Source: Candidatus Hebobacterum abditum
GTDB taxonomy: Bacteria; Armatimonadota; Hebobacteria; Hebobacterales; Hebobacteraceae
Direction of reading: 5' to 3'
Assembly: GCA_029821875.1 (NCBI GenBank)
Contig: JALGXW010000027.1
Span: 6,175-70,174, forward strand
DNA length: 64,000 nucleotides
Part shown: positions 8,011 through 15,132 of the stretch, one piece after another
Position numbering within the stretch: the stretch's first letter is position 1
Layout of the letters: the number at the start of each line of letters is the position of its first letter
Notes under the pieces: generated by a model
The model's database searches: none
What the model saw: the letters and a program-made list of their open reading frames with translations, nothing else
Told to the model about the DNA's origin: nothing
Program-made: the position numbers and the translations under genes

Positions 8011-8349
8011 ATGACCGCCGGCAGCTCACGGCATTTGTACATGGTGCGCTGTTCTGACGGGTCTCTCTACACCGGCATTGCCAGAGACCCCGAGGAGCGG
8101 GCCCGCGTCCACAATCAGGGACAGGGGGCAGACTACACCGCTCGACGTCGCCCTGTAGTGCTGGTCTACTCAGAGCGACATGCACGCACGTCTGCCGCCC
8201 GCGGACGTGAGCTTCAGGTCAAAGCTTGGCGGGCAGAGAAGAAGGAGCATCTTGTGCGCGGGATTCCCTCAGCAGGCTCGGGACAAGCGAATCCTGCCGC
8301 CAGCTCCAGGTGGTTTGCACGCGGCGCGCCCGCGGCGTCACGGAGATAA
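8011..8349 (+). CDS. GIY-YIG nuclease family small protein (UvrC N-terminal-like), ~112 aa
   Basis: YMVRCSDGSLYTGIARDPEERARVHNQGQGADYTARRRPVVLVYSERHARTSAARGRELQVKAWRAEKKEHLV matches the GIY...YIG...R...E...N core. Lies 65 bp after tRNA-Thr. Confidence 0.65.
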   Translation: MTAGSSRHLYMVRCSDGSLYTGIARDPEERARVHNQGQGADYTARRRPVVLVYSERHARTSAARGRELQVKAWRAEKKEHLVRGIPSAGSGQANPAASSRWFARGAPAASRR

Positions 8350-10442
8350 TGCCCCGAAGGAAGGGCCTGCCCCTTGAATCCAGGCGGCGTCCGGCGCCGC
8401 CGCCAGAGACACCTGCCCCGCCGTCCCGCCTTACGCTGGCGGCCTCGGTGGGCGTGTTCGTGTTCCTCCTCCTCGTCTATCACGCGACCCTCATCCGCAC
8501 GGTCATAGATCAAGATAGCGGCGAGCTTGTCGCCGCCGCGCATGTACTCGGGATCGCGCACCCCACTGGCTATCCGCTCTGGGTGCTGCTGGGGCGCGTG
8601 TTCGACTTCCTTCCGGTGGGTGGGACGAGTGCCTACCGGGTGGCCCTGCTGTCCGCCGTGGCGTCCGCTGCGGCCGGCGGGATTCTGGCCGCGCTCGCGA
8701 TGCGGCTGGCGCGGAACGTCGCCGCGGGGGTGCTAGCCGGGGTGGCATTCGGGCTGTGGTTTCCAGTGTGGAGCCAGGCCGTGCGGGCGGAGGTATACGG
8801 GCTGACGGCGCTACTTGCGGCGCTCGCCCTCGCTGCGGCGATCCGATGGGACGCGGATCGCTCGCCCCGCGCGCTGGCGTGGCTCGCCCTCGCCGTCGGC
8901 TTCGTCTCGATGCACCATCGGACCGCGATGCTCGCGGTGGCTCCGGCCTTCGTCGTCGCAGCCCTACTGACCAGGCCGAGACGGACGCGGTGGTACTTGG
9001 CGGCCGCGGGGCTCCTCCTTGCACCGTTCGCCTTCTACTTGTACCTGCCCATTCGCGCGGCCGCGCGGCCGCCGGTCAACTGGACCGACCCAGTGACATG
9101 GGACCGGTTCTGGGAGCACGTGCTGGCAACCCAGTACACGGGGTACGCCTTCTCTCACACCGCTGGGCAGATGGCGGGTCTCTTCGAGCGGCTGCTCCCG
9201 GAGTTGCTCGTGCCCAGCGGGGCCTGGGCTACGGTGCTCGCCCTGATCGCGCTGCCGTTCGCGGCCTGGGGCTGGCGGCAGTGGCTCCGGCGACGGCCGA
9301 CCATCGCGGGCTCCCTGCTGGCGGGGGCGGCGCTGCTGGTGTACTGGGTCCTGCAGTGGGGCGAGACAACTGACCTGAAGGTCTTCTTCGGGCCGGCTGG
9401 AGCGATAGTCGCGCTCTGCGGCGCAGTCGGGATGGGGGCGGGCGGCAGGCACTTGGCCTCGCGAGCAGCGGCGATGGCGGCGGGCGTCGCGGTGTGCGTT
9501 GTCCTGCTCCTTGGCAACTGGGGGCGGGCCGATCTCAGCAATCTCTGGCAGCACCGCGACCGTTGGGTCGCGATGCTGTCATCGCTGGAGCCGGACGCCA
9601 TCTTCATCTCGGACAACGATGTCCCGAGCTTCGCGACGATGTACCTGCAGACCGTGGAGGAGATGCGACCGGACGTGACGCTCATTCGCGTCGTGCCGCT
9701 GCAGATGGACTGGTACGTCGGAACGCTGGCGGATGAGACGATACGGGAGCCGGTGCGCCGATCGTGGGAGGAGACGGAGGCGGCGCTGTCGGGCCTGGCG
9801 GCGAGGGAGCTCACGCGGTACAAGTGGGAGCGGACGGCAGTCTTCGCCTACCTCCTGGCCCAGCGGCTGGATAGACGTCGGCCCGTGTACGCGCTGCACG
9901 GGCCGAGGACCATAGAGTTGACGGGGCCGCCGTACTTCGTCGGGATCAGCGAGGATCTGGTGGCCCTTCGCGCCGCGCGCCCCGGGCCGGTACCGGCCGA
10001 AGCGGGGGAGGCGACGGCCGCGTTCCCAGGCGGCATTGCGCTGACCGAATTCGTACTGGGGCGGAGTGAGGTCGGCACCGGAGAGCTGATGGAGTTTGAG
10101 AGCCGCTGGCGAGTGCCGACACGAGTGCCGGGGCCGGCGCAGTTCGCCGTGCGGCTCGTGCCGCGCGACGTGGAGAAGGAGCGCTTCGCCGAGGAGCTGA
10201 CGCCGAACGGTCGCTTCACTCAGGCCTTCCCGCTGCTGGCGAGCCAATGGGGCCTCGCGCCCCTGGCGGAGGGCACTGAATTCGAGCAGGCGGGGGTGCT
10301 CATCGTGCCTACTAACTGCCCGCCCGGGCCGTGCGCAGTGGAGGTTGGCATCGGGCCGCTGTACAGCCCGGAGAACGTGGGCTGGGCCGAGGTCGCGCAG
10401 ATCGAAGTGGCGCCCCGGCCGCTGCCGTCGAATGCTCCCTAG
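8349..10442 (+). CDS. DUF2723-type polytopic membrane protein (PMT/TMEM260-like glycosyltransferase family)
   Basis: N-terminal TM then DQDSGELVAAAHVLGIAHPTGYPLW motif characteristic of DUF2723. Many TM helices, C-terminal soluble domain. Start chosen at ATG 8349 (MPRRKG...) rather than the ORF-track 8226, which overlaps the GIY-YIG gene. Confidence 0.6.
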   Translation: MPRRKGLPLESRRRPAPPPETPAPPSRLTLAASVGVFVFLLLVYHATLIRTVIDQDSGELVAAAHVLGIAHPTGYPLWVLLGRVFDFLPVGGTSAYRVALLSAVASAAAGGILAALAMRLARNVAAGVLAGVAFGLWFPVWSQAVRAEVYGLTALLAALALAAAIRWDADRSPRALAWLALAVGFVSMHHRTAMLAVAPAFVVAALLTRPRRTRWYLAAAGLLLAPFAFYLYLPIRAAARPPVNWTDPVTWDRFWEHVLATQYTGYAFSHTAGQMAGLFERLLPELLVPSGAWATVLALIALPFAAWGWRQWLRRRPTIAGSLLAGAALLVYWVLQWGETTDLKVFFGPAGAIVALCGAVGMGAGGRHLASRAAAMAAGVAVCVVLLLGNWGRADLSNLWQHRDRWVAMLSSLEPDAIFISDNDVPSFATMYLQTVEEMRPDVTLIRVVPLQMDWYVGTLADETIREPVRRSWEETEAALSGLAARELTRYKWERTAVFAYLLAQRLDRRRPVYALHGPRTIELTGPPYFVGISEDLVALRAARPGPVPAEAGEATAAFPGGIALTEFVLGRSEVGTGELMEFESRWRVPTRVPGPAQFAVRLVPRDVEKERFAEELTPNGRFTQAFPLLASQWGLAPLAEGTEFEQAGVLIVPTNCPPGPCAVEVGIGPLYSPENVGWAEVAQIEVAPRPLPSNAP

Positions 10443-10468
10443 TTGACACGGCAAAGCAACGTGCGACC

Positions 10469-10497
10469 TTGACGCTGGGGAGGCTGCGTGCTAGTAT
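10469..10497 (+). promoter_or_regulatory. Sigma70-type promoter TTGACG-N17-TAGTAT for the tRNA-Tyr/tRNA-Thr operon (a second TTGACA at 10443)
   Basis: Consensus-like -35/-10 hexamers with 17-nt spacer, ~40 bp upstream of tRNA-Tyr. Confidence 0.45.
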
Positions 10498-10538
10498 CGA
10501 CTCAGTCGCGGGTTCCATCTCGCGGCTGTCGTTGTCTC

Positions 10539-10624
10539 GGAGGGGTGCCCGAGCTGGACAAAGGGAGCAGACTGTAAATCTGCCGGCGAAGCCTACGCAG
10601 GTTCGAATCCTGCCCCCTCCACCA
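10539..10624 (+). tRNA. tRNA-Tyr (anticodon GTA), long variable arm
   Basis: Acceptor GGAGGGG/CCCCTCC, anticodon stem-loop GCAGA-CTGTAAA-TCTGC, variable arm CGGCGAAGCCTAC, T-arm GCAGG-TTCGAAT-CCTGC, CCA encoded. Confidence 0.85.
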
Positions 10625-10658
10625 GGCTTCTATGGTATAGAGCGACAGGCGCGCCGAA

Positions 10659-10734
10659 GCCCACATAGCTCAGGTGGCAGAGCGTATCCTTGGTAAGGAT
10701 AAGGTCCCCGGTTCGAATCCGGGTGTGGGCTCCA
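10659..10734 (+). tRNA. tRNA-Thr (anticodon GGT)
   Basis: Acceptor GCCCACA/TGTGGGC, D-arm GCTC-AGGTGGCA-GAGC, anticodon stem-loop TATCC-TTGGTAA-GGATA, T-arm CCCGG-TTCGAAT-CCGGG, CCA encoded. Confidence 0.85.
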
Positions 10735-10740
10735 GACCTG

Positions 10741-10763
10741 AAGCGGGAGCACTGCTCCCGCTT
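10741..10763. terminator. Perfect hairpin AAGCGGGAGC-ACTG-CTCCCGCTT between the tRNA operon (+) and nagA (-); candidate bidirectional terminator
   Basis: 9-10 bp GC-rich stem, 4-nt loop. No strong U-tract. Confidence 0.4.
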
Positions 10764-10783
10764 ACGCCATCTGTCCGTGCGTA

Positions 10784-11935
10784 TCAGGCGCGGTACACGA
10801 CCTGTCCCATCACTATCGTGCTTACAACGTCGAGATCCTCGTCGAGGACGACGATGTCGGCGTCCTTGCCGGGCTCGAGGCTTCCCTTGCGGTCGGCCAC
10901 TCCGATTGAGCGCGCTGGCGTGAGGGTCGCCATCTGGATCGCCTCTGGCAGCGAGGCGATGGTGAACTCGGCGATGTTCCGAACCGCCTGGTCGAGCGTG
11001 AGCGCGCTCCCGGCAAGCGTGCCGTCGGGCAGGCGGACCGCGCCTTCCTTGACCACGACCTTCTGACCGCCCAGCTCGTACTCGCCATCCGGCATGCCGG
11101 CCCCACTGATGGCGTCGGTGATGGCCACGGCTCGCTCGGGACCCTTCAGGCGAACGACCATATCCACGATCGCCGGATGAAGGTGAACTCCGTCGGCGAT
11201 GAACTCGGCGTAGATCTCGTCGAGCAGGAGCACGCCGCCGACGGTGCCGGGCTTGCGGTGATGCAGTCCCTCCATCTGGTTGAAGGTGTGGGTGGCGTGG
11301 TTGAGGCCGTGCTGCACGGCCTCGGCGAGTTCCTCGTAGGTAGCGGATGAGTGGCCGACGACAACGGCCGCGCCCTGGGCCCGAGCGAACGGGATGAGGT
11401 CCCTGTTCTCCTCGATCTCCGGGGCGAGGGTGACAAGCTTGATGTTGCCGAGAGAGAACAGATCCCTGTAGTCGATGGCGGCCGCGTGGGTGATGTGCTG
11501 CTCCGGTTGCGCGCCCTTCTTCTCTGCGTCGATGCAGGGCCCTTCGAGGTGGACGCCGAGGGGCTGCGCGCCGCCCTCGATCGGGTTCTCCATGCAGTCC
11601 TTCACGGCCCGCACGGAAGCCATGATGTCTTCGGTCGGCTGAGTCAGAGTGGTGGGGCAGAACGAGGTGACACCGTGGTTGGCGAAGAACTTCGCCATTC
11701 CCTCAATGGCGTCCCGCGTGGCATCCATCGTATCGTGGCCGGCGCTCCCGTGGACGTGGACGTCGACATAGCCCGGCGCAACGATACGTCCTCTGGCGTC
11801 TATCGTCTCGTCGATGTCGTCTCGCGCAAGGCCGGGGCCGACCGCGAAGATCTTACCGTCTTCGATGATGACATCAGCCTGCTCGAAGACCTCGAGCGGG
11901 GTGAGAACCATACCGGCTCTGATTGCCATTCTCAC
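10784..11935 (-). CDS. nagA: N-acetylglucosamine-6-phosphate deacetylase
   Basis: Amidohydrolase metal-binding signature VDVHVHGSAGHD near the N-terminus. Full-length (~380 aa) similarity pattern of NagA (GVHLEGP, VVVGHS, ITDAISGAG). Confidence 0.85.
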   Translation of the reverse strand: MRMAIRAGMVLTPLEVFEQADVIIEDGKIFAVGPGLARDDIDETIDARGRIVAPGYVDVHVHGSAGHDTMDATRDAIEGMAKFFANHGVTSFCPTTLTQPTEDIMASVRAVKDCMENPIEGGAQPLGVHLEGPCIDAEKKGAQPEQHITHAAAIDYRDLFSLGNIKLVTLAPEIEENRDLIPFARAQGAAVVVGHSSATYEELAEAVQHGLNHATHTFNQMEGLHHRKPGTVGGVLLLDEIYAEFIADGVHLHPAIVDMVVRLKGPERAVAITDAISGAGMPDGEYELGGQKVVVKEGAVRLPDGTLAGSALTLDQAVRNIAEFTIASLPEAIQMATLTPARSIGVADRKGSLEPGKDADIVVLDEDLDVVSTIVMGQVVYRA

Positions 11936-12040
11936 TTTATCTGCTCTGCCTCAGCCACTTAGGTCCTAGAGCAGTGCGACGCACAGCGCTGGATGGACAG
12001 TGTGAGGAGCCGAGCTACACCGAGGCCATGGGGGCACGTA

Positions 12041-12667
12041 CTAGGTGTCCTCTGGCAGCGACAACTCCTCATAGCCGTTCCAGTGGCCGCTTTCATACGG
12101 ACTGTCGGGATGAGGAAACTCCTCTTCCAGCACGAGTCTCTGCTCCCCGGACACAATGTCACTCGCCTTGAGTAGCGCAAGCATCTTCCCCTGGTCCTTG
12201 CATCGCTGCACAGACGGTGCTCGGTCTGCAACTGTGTCATTGTCCAATAGCACTGCCAGACCTACGAATTCGCCGTCAAACCGATGTAGATCATCGAGAG
12301 TAAACTCCAGATGTGATCCGAAGTTAACCACATGATCCACGATCACTGCGCGCTTCTTGCGCGGCGTCCTGGGTGCCCACTCCCGTTGCCGGGCCCGTTC
12401 TGGAAGGTATGCTGTCCAGGGCTTCTGCATATGCTGAGCAACAAGGGCTGAGAAGACCATCGGATCCGCCCATCCGCACGCCATGATAGTGTCAAAATCT
12501 AGACCGAACGCAGAGCCAACCATGTCGCTCAGGGCATGGACAGCTCGGTGCAGCATCGCGGGGTCATCGTACAAGCGCCAGGAGTCCCAAACAAGAAGCC
12601 TGCCCGTTGGATGGGCAAGACAGGTCTTCCGAATGTCCGGCAGCAAGGTGTCGAGCTCAGACGGCAT
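12041..12667 (-). CDS. Hypothetical protein with type I phosphoribosyltransferase (PRTase)-like fold, 208 aa
   Basis: PRPP-binding-loop-like motif RAVIVDHVVNFGSHLEFTL preceded by a hood-like region. No confident family assignment. 11-bp overlap with the upstream gene suggests translational coupling. Confidence 0.45.
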   Translation of the reverse strand: MPSELDTLLPDIRKTCLAHPTGRLLVWDSWRLYDDPAMLHRAVHALSDMVGSAFGLDFDTIMACGWADPMVFSALVAQHMQKPWTAYLPERARQREWAPRTPRKKRAVIVDHVVNFGSHLEFTLDDLHRFDGEFVGLAVLLDNDTVADRAPSVQRCKDQGKMLALLKASDIVSGEQRLVLEEEFPHPDSPYESGHWNGYEELSLPEDT

Positions 12668-13727
12668 GACGGGCTCCTCTCGGCCGGGGGAGCACCAGAG
12701 CGTCTAGCTGAGCCGATGCCTCCAGCACTAGCCTGGCCGCCCTATCGACACGTCCCTCCGCGACTGCGTGAGCCAGGAGGTCCCACTCGAGGGCAGTGCG
12801 GAGAGCGACGATGTCGTTGGCGTTGTATGCACGTGCGGAGGCTGACCGTCCGCGTCTAGTCGTGATCAAGCGGTAGGTGAAGAGAAGGTCGCTTTCATCA
12901 GGCAGATAGCGTGGATACAGATTGGGAGGGCTGCCACGGAAGTCTGTGCCTCCGCCGAAGCGTGAGACGAAAGCTCCCGCTGCGGAGCGAAACGCGGCCG
13001 CGTCTCCGGTCCTTCGGCCAAGGTCATGCAGAGCGTCAGCGAACTCACGGCGCGTGTGGGACGGCGACCCTGACGACCGTCCATCATCTGCCTCAGCGGT
13101 CCAGTATCTAAGGTGGTAGAGGACGTTCGTCGAGGCCCTGATGAAAGCGGAGAACTCTCCGCGGCGGAGGAACTGGATCCCCTCTTGGCTCCAGTTCTCG
13201 AGGGGCGGCGCCTCCTCCGCGTGCTGGAACTGGCGCCAGCGTTCTCCGTAGATCGGCTCTGTCTCGACGCGGAAGAGGCCGAACGTAGTGTATGCCAGGT
13301 CGAGGCGGAACTCAGACTCAGCAGCAACATCGGGATAGTGGCCCAACCAGGCTCGCAGGTGGGCTGCTGCGCCAGCGACGCGACCCCATGCCTTGCCTAA
13401 CTCGATCACGCGCTTCATCCCACTCGGTGCTCGACCGGCCCGCGCGAGCTTCCGGCGCGCGAACCAAACGAAGGCTGAGAGCGCCACCCGGCCAATGACC
13501 AGACGCTCAATGGATGCCGATAGGACTGTTGCGAGGAATAGCCCGAGGATAGCGCCCCCGAACAGCGCCCATGGCATACCCACGTCGGCGCCATTACTGG
13601 CGCGCGCCACGTAGCGATAGGCCAGAGCAAAGAGAACAGGAGAGAACAACAACATAATCACAAGCGCCAGACAGGGACGGAAGGCGCCGAGAAGGTAGCA
13701 TAGACCGTGTCTCTGTCTAGTTATCAT
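12657..13727 (-). CDS. Hypothetical protein, two N-terminal TM helices + ~280-aa soluble domain of unknown function, 356 aa
   Basis: ORF with hydrophobic N-terminus (LALVIMLLFSPVLFALAY; ALFGGAILGLFLATVL). Composition is protein-like. No recognisable motif. Confidence 0.4.
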   Translation of the reverse strand: MITRQRHGLCYLLGAFRPCLALVIMLLFSPVLFALAYRYVARASNGADVGMPWALFGGAILGLFLATVLSASIERLVIGRVALSAFVWFARRKLARAGRAPSGMKRVIELGKAWGRVAGAAAHLRAWLGHYPDVAAESEFRLDLAYTTFGLFRVETEPIYGERWRQFQHAEEAPPLENWSQEGIQFLRRGEFSAFIRASTNVLYHLRYWTAEADDGRSSGSPSHTRREFADALHDLGRRTGDAAAFRSAAGAFVSRFGGGTDFRGSPPNLYPRYLPDESDLLFTYRLITTRRGRSASARAYNANDIVALRTALEWDLLAHAVAEGRVDRAARLVLEASAQLDALVLPRPRGARHAV

Positions 13728-13761
13728 CCATTAACTCGCCTTGACTGCGAACCTGACCCTG

Positions 13762-14304
13762 TCAGCGTGGGCGCCGAGCCACCATGCAAAGGCATGGCCC
13801 GTAGCTGAGCATGAGAGAGAGGATCACGATGGCCGCAAAGACCATGGGTGAGACGGACCAGCCAGGCAGGTCCGGCCCACTGGGTACGATCCCCGCCGCC
13901 ACGCTTAGAAGAAGTAAGTGCCATACGAACACGCCAAACGTGACGAGCCCCTCTCGGACGTCGACGACGCCACGGAACGCGGGCATCTTCGGATAGACCA
14001 TGCTCTGATCTGTGGTCTGCCACACTCCCCCTCCGGCCACGTAGCGCCCGGCGAACACGGTCGCGATCGCCCAGACATCGAACGCGAGCGCGCAGCAGAT
14101 CACTTCCACGTGTAGCGCGGCCCAGGACGGCGTAGGAAACAACGGGGACCCCCACAAGATGGCGTACTTGATGCACGGCACCACAAGCGGCAGAAGAAGG
14201 GCAACGAGTGCTGTGTATGGCTTGATCGCGTTCCGAAGTATCGCCAGTATCGCCGCGAATGCGGTCCGGATACTGCTCCTGCCGCCCGCTGGCCCGTGGC
14301 GCAA
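13762..14304 (-). CDS. Hypothetical polytopic membrane protein (TTG start), 180 aa
   Basis: Several hydrophobic helices. Own promoter-like element upstream. In-frame stop at 14350-14352 limits N-terminal extension. Confidence 0.35.
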   Translation of the reverse strand: MRHGPAGGRSSIRTAFAAILAILRNAIKPYTALVALLLPLVVPCIKYAILWGSPLFPTPSWAALHVEVICCALAFDVWAIATVFAGRYVAGGGVWQTTDQSMVYPKMPAFRGVVDVREGLVTFGVFVWHLLLLSVAAGIVPSGPDLPGWSVSPMVFAAIVILSLMLSYGPCLCMVARRPR

Positions 14305-14408
14305 TGTATCTGCTCCAATGGCGCGCCGAGCCGGCGGCTCGGCGCAGCACTATTCGCACTATTCCAGGAACAGCTACGGCCAGCGACATGGTGCGCTGGC
14401 TGACGCGG

Positions 14409-14437
14409 AAGATAGCACATTGCCTCGCCGCCGTCAA
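14409..14437 (-). promoter_or_regulatory. Sigma70-like promoter on minus strand (TTGACG-N17-TATCTT) upstream of the 13762-14304 membrane protein gene
   Basis: Read on the reverse complement: cTTGACGgcggcgaggcaatgtgcTATCTTccg. Confidence 0.3.
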
Positions 14438-15132
14438 GCCTGCGGCAGGACTCAGGCAGGGCTTAAGTAGTAGAATACCACTCGTTTGCTGTACAGCAGA
14501 GGCTGCGCCTGCCTGGGAGCAGGGCGCCGACGGCGCGAAGGAAAGGCGGGAAGACCCTGGGGGAGGGGTATTCCTGATCAGGATGCTAGGAGACCAGTAG
14601 AAGGTAGGACCGCCATCTGGCCATACTGTGCCAGGCCCAAAGGACGCGTTGCACTCTTCGGGCCCGGCCGGAAGACGCGAACATGTCTGTGGTTCTCTTC
14701 CTGGCCACGGTGTTAGGTCCCCGGCCGCGAGGTGTCTCACCATTGTCCCTAGGTGCCACGCCATAGCCCACTCCCGTGCCAACGATAGCACAGTCAGGCA
14801 GCTTGTCCAGACCGATTGACCGACCATGTGATCGAAAGACAGCGAAGAGGAAACGGCCCGCCGCGGGACGCGCGGGCTTGGCAACGATGGCATCGGCAGA
14901 GAGACTCCCCTCTGGCAGACTAATACCACAGAAAGCAGGTCTGCTCGCATTTCGCCCAGCAGAGTCGTCCTTCGGTCACGAGGGAACATGGTCGCGGTGC
15001 TGCGGCGCGCTGACAGGAGACCAGCGCGCAGATGGCTATGCCCACAGGATGTGGACTCGCCGCGCTGCGGGCACTCCTGACGGACATATCGTGCGGCATA
15101 TAAGGTCGAGGCACGACTGCCGCACAAAGTCG

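Noticed and set aside
8226-8348. Upstream extension of the DUF2723 ORF (ORF-track start 8226)
   Set aside because: Would overlap the GIY-YIG gene by >120 nt in another frame. The in-frame ATG at 8349 (MPRRKG...) just before the first TM helix is the more plausible start.
13724-15127. 467-aa minus-strand ORF spanning the 690-bp gap and the membrane-protein gene
   Set aside because: Arg/Ser/Pro-rich low-complexity translation. It lies in a different frame from the hydrophobic, protein-like ORF 13762-14304. Typical high-GC spurious ORF.
14440-15132. Possible RNase P RNA / tmRNA / SRP RNA in the gene-free gap
   Set aside because: Checked by eye for GGAAAGUCCGGGCUCC / ACAGAAA RNase P blocks, the tmRNA tRNA-like 3' end and the SRP GGAA-containing helix-8 motif. 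None present. Kept only as an unassigned gap finding.
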